DNA of 64,000 nt from the human T2T-CHM13v2.0 reference genome, Homo sapiens: assembly GCF_009914755.1 (NCBI RefSeq), contig NC_060930.1. The stretch is one strand, 5' to 3'. A program made the translations under genes and the position numbers. The notes beneath the pieces were generated by a model. The model saw nothing but the letters and a program-made list of their open reading frames with translations. It was not told the origin of the DNA and did no database searches. Below, in pieces: positions 17,663 to 32,016 of the stretch; position 1 is the stretch's first letter, and each line of letters starts with the position of its first letter.

Positions 17663-17990
17663 GGCTAGGCACTGTGGCTCATACCTGTAATCCCAGCACT
17701 TTGGGAAGCCGAGGCGGGTGGATCACTTGAGGCCAGGAGTTCTAGATTAGGCTGGCCAACATGGTGAAACCTCATCTCTGCTAAAAATATAAAAATTAGG
17801 TGTGGTGGCGGGTGCCTATCATCTCAGCTACTTGTTGGAGACTGAGGCAGTAGAATCGCTTGAACCCAGGGGGCGGAGGTTGCAGTGAACCAAGATCACA
17901 CCTCTGCACTCCAGCCTGGCAACAGATTGAGACTCCCGTCTCAAAACAAACAAACAAACAAACAAAAAAAAGCAGCTTACTAATAAATAA
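17663..17990 (+). mobile_element. AluS with 15-bp TSD
   Basis: TSD taaaataaatggata (17648-17662) / taaaataaatgggta (17991-18005). Confidence 0.92.
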
Positions 17991-19656
17991 TAAAATAAAT
18001 GGGTAAAGTTGAATCTTCCCATCTAATGACTTCAATCGAATTTTTAGAATCATTTTTGAAGTTTTGAAGAAGCTGAGGTCACTTATATGCAACTTCCCTT
18101 TCAAGAATGTGAGCTTATCATTCAGTCAACAATTACCTATAATGCACCTACAATGTATATAGTGTTTGTAATGTTATGGATTTACTCTAACCAAATGCTC
18201 TTGAGTGGATAAAATTGCAGATGCAGATTTTACTGTACAATTTGCACTTCATTTTCATAACAATGTAAATATTAAGTTATGTAGGAGCAATTATCAGAGC
18301 TCTAATACCCTTTCTCCAATAGAATGCATATTTGATGTTAGAAAAGCAAATCTAGAATAATTGAAAGTGCATGATTCAGGTATAATTTCTTGTTTGTGTG
18401 TTCTTTCCCTCAGGGCTACTCTGGCCTTTGCTTAACCCAGTTTATTTCCTATATTCAAGCTTTATTATATAAGACTCAGAACATATCTGGCCTTAAGCTG
18501 AATTGCCAAGAAACATTAGCAAACTTGCTCATTAAAATAACAAATTCTAACATTGTCTTTAAAACAACAACACCCTACTGTTAAATTTAGGCTGTGTGTG
18601 TGTGTGTGTCTGTGCACACGTAGGTGTGGTAGAATTTTTTTTCCCTACTAAAGTAATCGGAGACTCTGCCTGAAATTCTGTAATTTTGAGGTCTTGTTGT
18701 GTTAGAAGGTTGCCTACAGTGGGAAACTTGTCTTTTTCTGAAATTAAAAAAAATTATTTTCCAAGTTCCTCTCCAACCTTTGCCTGTCTGTGTTGACTTA
18801 CTCCTTATTAAACGCTCAGCTCTTTAAGGCCCATTAGTCAAGCTGTTACTTGTGTGCAGGCCTGAAGCAGCAGTTCTGTCAGTGAGCCTGCACCTACCTG
18901 CAACACCCCATTTGGTTGTCTGCACCTGGACTTGTCTCCTAATCATAATATGTAATATTGCAACTTTACCCCAAAGGGCCATAGAATGTCCATGTTTAGA
19001 GGGAGAGGTGAGACAGCCTAATAGGTGTCACTCTCTGGTGGTAAAATTAAGAGTGGATCACAAATGTAGGCAAGAAACAGAGGCCTGTAAAACCAATGAA
19101 CCCTTCTGCAAAACAATCATTTTACTGCCTCTGCACATATTTAGCCCAGAGATAATTTATTTTATCTAGCAGTTCATATATTCACTCAGGTTGAAACTTC
19201 TATATTGTACCTGATGTTTGCTGCATACTTTGCTAGGTGCCAAGCATGCATGAGTTTGTAAGACTATTTTTGCAATCATGGAGCTCACTTCACTCTCTAG
19301 CAGTGATGCAGGCTTGAAAACAAGTACTACAGTAGATATTAAAAGTGCTGTAATACAGGCATGGACACACAGCCAAGGAGACATGAATCACGATTATTTG
19401 TGCTTGGGAAGATTGGGAAAGGCTCCACAGAGCAAGATGCTTTTGAGCTGAAAGATGCCTTGGAATAAGTAAGAAATCACTAAAGGTGTTACCAAAATGC
19501 TTTAGGGAGAAAATCCTCCAAATTAGCCATGGCATGTTTTGGAGTATGCAGTAGAGTAAGGGGTGCTGCTTACCTCCTTTTGTGATGATACTTAGAATAA
19601 GACTGAAAGAAGAAAATACAAGTTCAGCACCTAATCCAGTGCCACATTAGAATAGG

Positions 19657-19887
19657 TACTAATTGAGGATCCCTTAGTGAAATATTTGGGACCAAAAGTA
19701 TTTAGATTTCAGATTTTTTCATATTTTCGAATATTTGCATTACACTTACCAGGTGACCATCCCTAATCAGAAAATCTGAAATTCAAAATGCTCCTAAGAG
19801 CATTTCCTTTGAGTAACAATATTGACACTCAGAAATGTTTGGATTTTGGTGTATTTTAGATTTTGGATTAGAGATACTCAACCTGTA
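19657..19887. mobile_element. Tigger4a (MER46A)-like MITE
   Basis: ttgggaccaaaagt...catccctaatcagaaaatctgaaattcaaaatgctcc...tactcaacctgta. Confidence 0.8.
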
Positions 19888-19950
19888 TTGCATATATTAG
19901 CTGGATGAAGGAATACATTTATGTGTGCATGTATTTTAAAGAGTACAGGG

Positions 19951-20584
<634 letters not shown>

Positions 20585-21094
20585 TTATTACTATGAAAAG
20601 CAAAAGAATTTCTGTCTCATTTTTAACATTGATATTTGGTATTCTGATTCAGGCATTATTTTTTATGTCACTGGGGTGGAACCAAAATGAATTTTGTATA
20701 TTAACTGCTCATTGAGGGATGTTAACCAAAACTTTCAAGGCACTATGTAGGAGATTTTTTTTTAAATTTTGTCTGCATACCAACGGAAAGTAAGCCTGTT
20801 TTCTGTCTCCTTTTTCATGTAGTTTTATTAGTGCTATCAAATTTAATGAGTGCTCTGCCCTTTTTTGCTGTCATTCTGTAATGACTTCAGATCCATATAT
20901 GCTGATTTAGCTTTGAAAGCAAGTTGGGAAAAGAGTAAATTACATTCTAGCAGATTTGTCTCATGTTTGCATCATTTATTTTTTTCTGCTTATATTCTCC
21001 AGTAAGCAGTTAACTGCTTTTTTGAAACCAAAAGCTAAAGAAGCCTGCTGTACCAGCAATACCTCTATTTGTTATAATTCAGCTACCCTGCATT

Positions 21095-21257
21095 TAGGGC
21101 CAGCTTCTCAGGTGTCCCATGCAGTCACACAGGGCTCTGCTCTTACAAGGTTTCTGCACTTGGCTTAATGTTCTTCTGCTGCCATCTTGAGATTCTTAGT
21201 AATATTTGGACAAGGGGCCCTGTTACACTGAGGTCTGCAATCACATAGCCAGACCTG
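21095..21257. mobile_element. MER91A-like hAT-Tip100 element
   Basis: agggccagcttc...gcagtcacacagggc...caaggggccc...tagccagacctg; 8-bp TSD cctgcatt / cttgcatt. Confidence 0.7.
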
Positions 21258-21499
21258 CTTGCATTGCGAAGAACATTAACATATATATTCTGACACATGT
21301 AACACAATATTGAATGCCTCTTAAAACTTGCTTCAAGCATCTTTCCATCTCCTTAGGTAAGGAAGCCATCCTGAGCCCCACTCTGAGTTACATGCCCCTT
21401 GTTGTAATTTGTGATGTCTCTGTTTGTTAGTGTTGGCTGAGCTTTGACTAGGGGTTCATTCCAAGACCTCACCTTTCCTGCTGACTTATTAACTGTTCC

Positions 21500-22450
21500 T
21501 CGGACTCTACTTGACTTCTAGAACACCGCACTCTCCTGATGTTTTTCTTACGTCACTGGTAGCTCTTTCTCAGTTTCCCTTCCTGGTTCTTCCTTCTCTC
21601 CCCTGTCTTCTAAAATTGGGATGTGTCACTTGTCAGGCCATGTCACCTTCTCTGTATTCACTCCTTCTTGGGTTTAAAAATTCCATCTATATGCCAAGCA
21701 CTCCCAAAGATATATCCGTTTACATGTCATCTCTACTTGAGTGTGTAATAAACACCTCACAGTTAATATGACCAAACTGGCTTCCTGAATTGGCCCCTAT
21801 AACATGTTCTACCCAGTGTTCCGCATTTCAGTTGGTAGGGATATTATTTCAGTTGCTTAGGTAACAAATAATAATCACCTTTAGTCCTGCCTTTCTCTCA
21901 TTTTCAGTCTGTTAGGAAATCCTGTTGGTTCTCTGTTCAAAATATAGAATCTGAATCTACCACCTGTGACACTCCTCTGTCTCTGGAAGTATCAGTCCAG
22001 CAACCAGAGTGTTCCTATTAAAATAAATCAAACTCTGTAGGGGCTTCCTAACTTATTCAGAGGAAAAGCCACAGCTCTCGGAATGGTCTGCAAGGCCCTG
22101 CCTGATCTGACCTACCCCCTACTCACACCTTGCTCATTTCCTCTCTTGCTGTTTTTTCTCTGACACACTGGTTTCGGCCACACTGGTCCCTTGCTGAGCT
22201 TTCAGTCACAGTGCCAGCCTGTCTGCTCTGCCCAAAATGCCCCTTCTTTACTCAACTTCTCTACTTGAACTGCAGCTCCCTCTGAGCACTCCTTCTCTCT
22301 CTCTCATTCTCTCTCTCTTCCCCCCCCACCCTTTTCTACTTCTTTCTTTTTCTATAGCATTTATCAGAATCTAACACAATGACTTATTTTCTATGTCTTT
22401 TTTTTTTTTTTGCTTGGTACTCTGGATGCTCGATAAAAGTTGAATGTTGA
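21500..22450 (+). mobile_element. LINE-2 fragment
   Basis: Pyrimidine-rich L2-like body ending gatgctcgataaaagttgaatg. Confidence 0.6.
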
Positions 22451-23224
22451 CTGAAAGAGCTATACCCAAGGGAACATGTCCTTTGGTGTGAATGTTCCTT
22501 TTGTCTCTTTATTTCTCAGTAATTCTTTTTTATTCATTTGCGTTCTAAAGAATATTACATTTTGAAAATATTCCTACTTTAAATAGCCAAATGTTTAATA
22601 AAGGTAATAACTGAAATAGAAGTGTAAGCAATAATCTTGTCTCGAGAGCTAGAAATCATTTCAGTTACATGACATATTTGAAATGTAAGCAAATTAAATA
22701 ACACAATGGCACTTTATGCCTTGATATTGTAGTCAGTTCAGAGGTTATCTTTTCTCTATCTTAATACTGCCTAAATTTTCAACTCAAGAATGGGAAAGAT
22801 TTTTATTTAAGGGAAAATGAATTGGCATACCTTTAATTGTTGAGATAGCTTTTAAAATATAGCTTTTTTTTTTTTTTTAGCTGTATGTGCTGGATATTGC
22901 TAGATTCTTCCAGTGTTTGTGCTTCTCTCTGTTGTAGGAATTTGATACCTTTGAATGCTAGTTGAGTTGAGATTCTTAACAAATGCAGGGAGAAGCTTAA
23001 ACATGTGGAGTCTCTCATTCAGTGACTATGTTGTCATGCATTATATTTTATAAATAAATATAGCCCCAGGTCATTGAAGCAAAATATAAAGGGAAAGTTT
23101 TATAATTGTTACAAATACAAAAAATGGGCTTCTAAACACATTTGTAATTCTTCATAATGCTGTTCTTTGAAAGCAGTAATTTATTCAATGCTAAATGAGC
23201 TCAATTCTAGTGGGCATTCCTTTC

Positions 23225-23800
23225 TTAAAAGTATAATTTTTAATTATGAAAATAATAACATATTACAGAGTTTATGAAATAAAGAATAAAAACATGGCCA
23301 TAATTTTATCACCATAACAACCCTTTTCATTTTGCATTATTTCCTTTTTGCATATTTACCTTTTGCATAGTTTTACTTGGGTGCAGAGTTTTTATGTCAT
23401 CTTTTTCACTTAGATACATGTCATGCCTATTTCTTCACATTGCTATGTGGTCATTATCACAATAACTTTTCAAGGTTGCATAATGGCCTCTATTGTGGCC
23501 ATATCATAGAACCTAAATATATTCCAGGTGTTGGAGATTTAAGTTTCTTTCAATTTTTTAAAAATCATAAATAATGTTATAATGAACACTTTTGTGTTCG
23601 TAGCTTTTCTGGATCATTTTCTTAGGATATATTCCCAAAAGTGAAATTCCTGTTTCACACAATATGACCATAGTAATGACTTTTGATATATTGCCAGCCT
23701 ACTTTCCCAAATGATCAAACCAATTTTTTGCCTCCAGCAATGTGTGAAAGTGAAGCTTTACCATACCCTGGCCTGTGATTTCTCATTTTTGTTCTATTAT
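23225..23800 (-). mobile_element. Old L1 (L1ME-like) 3' fragment
   Basis: ttttcttaggatatattcccaaaagtgaaatt..., cctccagcaatgtgtgaaagtg. Confidence 0.55.
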
Positions 23801-24224
23801 TAGTGATCCTTGTATTGTTAGCAGTAAAATACTAGTACTTCATAGATGTATAGAAATTTAGAAAACAGTTTTGGAATATCAGACACCTGAGTCAAGGTTC
23901 TCTCCACAAAGAGGAAGAGGAGAACTGGTTTGATGTTTGGGTTAGTCATGCCTAGAAGGATAGGAGAAAAGCTCTCCATGGCTTGTTAAACACATTAGTT
24001 GAAGAAATTTATATTTGTCTGAAATTAGTGTGTGTGATGTCATCTAGCTGACCATTTATACCTCCTTAGAGAATTGTTTTGCCCTTTTATTCTGGAAGAA
24101 ACCGGTTCACAAAAAAACCGCTGCATTTATTTCTTTGCTTTCTAAGAATCTAAACTGATATGAGTCTTGCAACACAGTTTTCTGCTTATGAAATATTTTG
24201 GCTTTATCTTGGAGAATCACATAA

Positions 24225-24577
<353 letters not shown>

Positions 24578-24812
24578 CATTTTTTTCATAATTAAATAAT
24601 TTATCCCTTAGAAGAGTTAAGTCATCTACTTTCAGATGTTCCTGCAAACGGAGGGCTTTGTTCTGGCATTGGTCAACCAAAGCTCTAGGTAAAATGGCTA
24701 GAACCTTCCTCTACAAGTAAGAGTGAATAGAGGCTTTGGAAAGAAATTCAGTCTGAGACAAGAGCTGAGAAACATGGTAGAATTTTAGATTAGCATGATT
24801 TTAATAGTAATG

Positions 24813-25094
24813 GGCTGGGAGTGGTGCTCACACCTGTAATCCCAGTACTTTGGGAGGAAAAGTCAGGAGGATCACTTGAGGCCAGGAGTTCAAGACTGGC
24901 CTGGTCAACATAGCAAGACTCTGTCCCTATTTAAAAAAAAATTAATTAGCCTGGTATGGTGGCATGCAACTGTAGTTTAGCTACTTAAGAGGCTGAGGCA
25001 GAAAGATCACTTGAGCCCGGAAGTTCAAGGCTGCAGTGAGCTTTGATGGTGTACCAGCTTGGGCAACAGAGTGAGACCCTGTCTCTTAAAAAAA
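24813..25094 (+). mobile_element. AluJ
   Basis: J-type gatcacttgagccc / aaggctgcagtgagc motifs. Confidence 0.88.
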
Positions 25095-25920
25095 GTAATT
25101 TTTTATTCTACAGCACTGAATAGTTTCAAAATATCTTTTCATTCACTGTCTCACCAGTGAAGTTAGTAAAATGAGAGAGATGATTAACACGCAGAGAATT
25201 TAAGGGACAAACCCAAGTAAGGGCCCATGAGCACAGGATGAGTAAGGGTGTGCCTGTGTGGTATGGACTGGACTGTACCTAAGGCTTTGGCTGCAAATCT
25301 TTGTCTGGTTTTACTTTACCACAGAACAGGATTTTTAACATCTCCTCCTTCATTCATACAAAAATTTATTGGCTTTCCGCTATACCTGCTCTGGCACAAA
25401 TTTCAGCCTTCCATGAGGGCTCAGTCTGGCACCAGAGTCAGGTTTGCAAAGAGGCCATGGTGAGGGAGTGTGGTGAATGCTGGATCCCCGTGAGGGAAGG
25501 CTGCAGCTCATGCTGGTGGTGCAGGTGGCATTGGAGCCGGATCCCTAAAGGGTCAAAAGGGGTGAGCCCTGTGGATTTCTTTGACTTTCACCAGTGAGGG
25601 TCAATGAGATTGTTAAGAAAGCAAAACAACACAGATGTTGTCTTGAGATAATAATGTCTTCTATGGGGGCTGGAAGGGGAAGACTACTTCCTTCTACTGC
25701 AGAGTTGCTCCATGCTGCTTTCTTCCACAGACCTACTTTGTATGAAATGCTCCCATTTCTCAGGTGTTTTCCTTCCTTGATCCCCTTCTAACAATGGCCT
25801 CCTGAGGTTCCACATTTTCTTTTATGCCAGTTTATTCATTTTCTCATTCATTAATCCAAAAGATATACTGAGTGCTAGAATCTAATGAGAAAGAGCAGAG
25901 CTATTGAAAATTTGAAGCAA

Positions 25921-26220
25921 GGCCAGGCTCAGTGGCTCATGCCTGTGATCATAGCACTTTGGGAGGCCGAGGAAGGCGGATCACCTGAGGTCAGGAATTC
26001 GAGACCATCCTGACCATGGAGAAACCCCATCTCTACTAAAAATATAAAAAATTATCTGGGCGTGGTGACACCTGCCTGTAATCCCAGCTACTCAGGAGGC
26101 TAAGGCAGGAGAATCGCTTGAACCCAGGAGGCGGAGGTTGTGGTGAGCCGAGATGGCGCCATTGCACTCAACGCTGGGCAACAAGAACGAAACTCCATCT
26201 CAAAAACAGAAAGAAAGAAA
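25921..26220 (+). mobile_element. AluS (Sp/Sq-like)
   Basis: Perfect 15-bp TSD gaaaatttgaagcaa. Confidence 0.93.
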
Positions 26221-27830
26221 GAAAATTTGAAGCAAAAGCCTTCTGAATTGCAAAGACCATGAGGAGGAAATAGCTTGGCATGTTCTCGGAACAGAAATAA
26301 GGACTTTGAAGCTAGAAATGAGGGTGTATTAGGAGATGACATCAGACAGCAGGGAGGGTCCAGACCTTGGTAGGAAGTTTAGAATTTATTCTAAGTGCAA
26401 CAGGAAGCCATGGGAGGAGGGTTTTAAACAGAAGACAGGATCTGATTTATCTATCATTTTAATTTTGTAATTTAGAAAATTTTAAGAAAAGTGCATGTTA
26501 GCAAAGTTTGGTGCTTGATACACGGACAATTTGGATAATGGCTTTAGATTGAAGAAAGGTTAGGAAAGAGTTGCTATTTAAAGAAGGGGGGTGACCCCAG
26601 GATTTATTTCACACCCACATGTTTGCTTTTCTCTGTTCTTAGCTCAGTCCATATGACCAACTGCTAGTTTAGGAGAGAAGGGTTTAGCAGGGATTCCCCT
26701 CTTCCCTCCAATTCTCTTAGACCCTGTTTTCTTATTAAAAGATTTGCAGGATCCCATCTCGGTCAGTGATGTCAGCAACCCAGCCATTATGGTGAGCTGA
26801 TGCCATGCTCATGAAGAAAATGAAGATCAGCTGATTGACTTCCAAGTATTTCTGCCCTAAGCCACGCCAATCACTTCTTTATACCGTCTTATCTTTTAAT
26901 CTCTTGTCTTTCTCACTAAGTTGTAGCAGGTGGGAGAAATGTTCCAAGACCATTAAAGGAGGATAATTGGGAATCTCTGTATAGACATTTAAAGTTGAAT
27001 AAGCAGCAGTTTATTCGGCTGCCTGGTGCTCAGAGGCACACCAGTAGCATCCAAAGAGCACCCTGAGTTCGAAGGAGTCGGAGAGGTGGGACAGGAGGAA
27101 GGGTGTCTTCAATAAAGTGAATTCAGGCTCTTAGACATTCTGTTGAGAATGGAAACTGTGATTTTTAGTAGCTACATTCTGATATTTACAATCAGGTCTT
27201 CATTAATCTGCCATTTCACGGCTTCATTTAGTTTAAGTAAGTATGTGGAAGGTACACAATCGGACAAGCCATGAGAGACTACATTACCTTCAATGTGTTT
27301 ATTCTATCTGTTTTCTTGAGTTGCTTTCCACCTTATTACCTCTAAGCTAGTTACAATTTTTTTTCAACACACAGCTCATGTGTGTTTGAGAAGGTTGACC
27401 TCCCTCCCTCCTCTGTGTATTTATTCATAATGAGGCTCCTTGGTACCCCGTGTGTACCTCTTTCAGAGATTTGTGGCACTTAACCACGTTCTGGGCTAGT
27501 ATTGTTCTCTCTTCCCCTTTATACTATAAGTTTCTCAAAGATTGAGTTTATAGCTGATTTTTGCCTTCTCTTATGCCTAGCGTATTTTTATATATTGTAT
27601 ATATTTGTACTTTAAAATTTTTATTTTGGTGGAAATCTTTGTTGAAAAATCTATTATATACTTTAATGCCACCTAAGGATGGGAGAAAATTTGAATGTTT
27701 TCTTTTGGACACAAGATAATCATTGTGCTCTCCAGTTGTTATTTTTGACTCTTGAGGTATTTGGGATTATATCTCCTTCTACTAAACACCTCAGAGCATG
27801 CGACTTCTAAAACATGATTTCAGTATTCCC

Positions 27831-28132
27831 TTTGTTGCTGTTGTTGTTGTTTTGAGACAGTGTCTTGCTCCGTCGCCTAGGCTGGAATGCAGTGGCACCA
27901 TCATAGCTCACTGTAGCCTCAAACTCCTGGAGCCAAGCAGTCCTGCCTCAGCCTCCTGAGCAGCTGAGACTATAGGTGCATGCCACAATGCCTGGCTAAT
28001 TTTTGTTGTTGTTATTGAGACGGGGTCTAGCTATGTTGCCCAGGCTGGTGTCAAATTTCTGGCCTCAAGCAATCCTCCTGCCTTGGCCTCCCAAAGTGCT
28101 GGGATTACAGTTATGAGCCACCACAGCCAGCC
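27831..28132 (-). mobile_element. AluJ
   Basis: Antisense Alu with (TTG)n tail. Confidence 0.88.
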
Positions 28133-28268
28133 TCAGTTTTCCTTTTTGAAATTATTTTGTATCTTCCTACTTATTCTAACTGATGCTGGTCTATTGCTTG
28201 GAGGCCAAAACTTCACTTTATACAATTTGTCTGGGAGGGGAATTGAAGGTCTTTTCACATATCTACTA

Positions 28269-28599
28269 CAGGCTGAGCATCCTTTGTGTAAAATTCTTGG
28301 GATCAGAAGTGTTTCAAAATTCAGTTTTTGGGATTTTGGAATATTTGTGTATCCATAATGAGATATCTTGTGAATGAGAACCAAGTGTAAACATGAAATT
28401 CATTTGTTTCAGATATACCTTAGACACATAGCCTGAAGGTAATTTTATACAATACTTAAATAATTTCATGCACTAAAGTTTGTATACATTTGAACCATCA
28501 GAAAGCAAGAGTATCAGGTGTGGAATCATTTCAGCACTCAAGTTTCAGATTTTGGAGCATTTCAGATTTGGGATTTTCAGATTAGGGATGCTCAACCTG
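28269..28599. mobile_element. Tigger4b (MER46B)-like element
   Basis: TIRs caggctgagcatcc / ggatgctcaacctg, TA target duplication. Confidence 0.8.
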
Positions 28600-29052
28600 T
28601 AGAATGCAAAATACATAAGCTTTGTGACAGGTTGTCATGTAAGAGCACTTTTAGCTCAATGGCCAAGCCTTGAGCCAGCAAGTAGCCAGATATCTGCTGC
28701 ATAGAGAAGTATGTGGTTGCTAGGTGTCTCTCCCATCAACCACAAGGACTCTTTCCCTAACTTCCTTGATAGAAAACATTTTAACAGAAGCAATCACCCT
28801 CATTCTTCACTCACTCAGCTCTGAGAGCACCAATCTCTAAGCTAGGCATGCACTTGCCTCAGAGCCTTTGCACTTTCCATTTTCTCTGCCTAGATTGCTC
28901 TTTTGCCAGATATTCTCATGCCTTGCTCCCTCACTTCCCTCCGGTTTTTTTTTTTTTTAAATATCGCTGTCTTTCAGATGCCTTCCCTGACCACTTACAC
29001 AAAATATTACCAACCCTCATCTTCAACCCACCATCCTCTCCCACTCATCCTG

Positions 29053-29644
29053 TGTGGTAGATTTTTATAGTAATGAATCATGCCTCCCTGTGTCCACACT
29101 CCTATGCAGAGGGAAATTTTTGCTCTTTTCATCAAAAGATAAAGTGCATTTTTCCATTCTCTTGAATCTGTTCTGGCTTCATGACATGCTTCAAACAATA
29201 GACTGTGACACCGTGATGTGCAAACTCTAGAGCTTTGCTGTGTAACATAGGAACCCTTAGACATATGTAACCATTTGTATTTAAATCACAATTAGATAAA
29301 ATTTAAAATTTAGTTCCTCAGCTGTACTAGTCATATTTCAGATACTAAATAACCATATGTGACTAGCAGGTACCATATTGGAGAGCAATTAGAGACGACA
29401 TAGGGAGAAACTGAGGTACCCCAGACAATAGGCAGTGATGATTTCCAGACATGTGAGTGAGGCTGTTTTGTCCCGCCCTCCCCATCCAAGCTGCAGGATG
29501 ACTATAACCTCACTAGTAATCCCAGGTGGTACCAGCCAAAGAACAGGTCAAATTGCCAACCCACACAATCATGAAAAATAATTGTCATTGTTTTAAGCTA
29601 TAAGTTTTATATAGGTTTGATACACAGTCATGATAATGGAAACA
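29053..29644 (+). mobile_element. MLT1H-like LTR interrupted by a MER3-like MITE (about 29235-29388)
   Basis: tgtggtaga...cagacatgtgagtgagg...ttgttttaagc...gataatggaaaca; internal MER3 motifs in antisense. Confidence 0.6.
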
Positions 29645-30330
29645 CCCTTCAATTCTAATGACTGACAGTAATTTGGAAACCATGCCCTAAGGGGTTACCT
29701 CATGGGTGAGAATGTCACAAAATGAGGAAGACAGAGTGAATCCATACCATCCATGACAGTCAGATCAGTTCCTTATTTATCTAAAAAGAGAAAAGGATAT
29801 TTGCTATTACTAAAATAAAAACCAACTGCAGACTGAAATACTTATTAATAGCACAGACTTAGTTTTACATCAAAAAATTACTACCAGCAATTTGCAAAGT
29901 AGATAATTTAAAAATACAGAACTAACTGAAATCCATTATTTCAGTTTAAGATGAACAGATTGGGTGACTTTGTTATATCTTGCTCTGACATGTTTTGTAA
30001 CATTAAATACATAGTATTTAATTCTGAGAGCATTTCTCCCATAATTTATTATGCTCAAGCATTTATTGAGTGCTTTCTATATATGTCTAGGCAGGTACAG
30101 TAGAGGATTTCAGATGATTAAGACCTGAACCTTACCATGCAAGAACTCACAATTTAATGGAGGGGACAGATGCATGGTCAAAATATATGCACATTAACAC
30201 AGTACAAGCTCTGTTAGAGGAATAGGAAGTGCTCTAGAAACACTGAGGTGGGAGCAGCCATCTTGTTATTGCACATACTGAACACACAGAATGAGCTCTT
30301 ACTTTGCATATGCATTGGGGATAAAGACTA

Positions 30331-30723
<393 letters not shown>

Positions 30724-30747
30724 TTAATAATAACCTTGTTGAGATAG

Positions 30748-31152
<405 letters not shown>

Positions 31153-31658
31153 CATAACTTTTTTATATTCCAAAAAGAACATCCATACCCATAAGCAGTC
31201 ACTCCTATCCCTCCCCTCCCTCCCCAGTTCCCCAGCCTTAAGCAACGAGTAATCTACTTTCTGCCTCTCTAGACTTGCCTGTTTGGGACATTGCATGGTA
31301 ATGGAATCTTACACTATGCCCTTTCATGTCTAGCTTCTTTCAATGAGCATGATTTTAAAATTCTTCCATGTTATAGCACATATCAGTATTTCATTCATTT
31401 TTATTACTGAATAAGATGTCATTGTATTATGGATATATCACATTTTGTTTATCCATTCAGCAGTTGATGGATATTTGGGTTGTGTCCATCTTTTGGCTAT
31501 TATGAATAAGGCTACTATAAACATTCATGTATGAGTGTTTATGTGGACATGTTTTTCTTTTTCTTCGGTATATACCTATGTGTAGAATTGCTGGGTCATG
31601 TTGACAACTCTGTGTTTAGCATTTTGAGGACATGCCAAACTGATTTCCAGAGTGGCTG

Positions 31659-32016
31659 TGATATGGTTTGGCTCTGTGTCCCCACCCAAATCTCACTGAA
31701 TTGTAATAATCCCCGCATGTCATGGGAGGGACCCAGTGGGAGGTAATTAAATCATGGGGGCAGGTTTTTCCCATGCTGTTTTTGTGATAGGGAATAAGTC
31801 TCACAAGATCTGATGGTTTTATAAAGGAGAGTTCCCCAGCACATGCTGTCTTGCCTCCCGCCATGTAAGACGTCCCTTTGCTCTTCCTTCGTCTTCTGCA
31901 ATGATTGTGAGGCCTCCCCAGCCATGGGGAACTATGAGTCCATTGAATCTCTTTCCTTTGTAAATTACCCAGTCTCAGGTATGTTTTTACTAGCAGCGTG
32001 AGAATGGACTAATACA
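31659..32016 (+). mobile_element. THE1 MaLR solo LTR
   Basis: tgatatggtttggctctgtgtccccacccaaatctca...gactaataca; TSD ggctg / ggttg. Confidence 0.92.
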
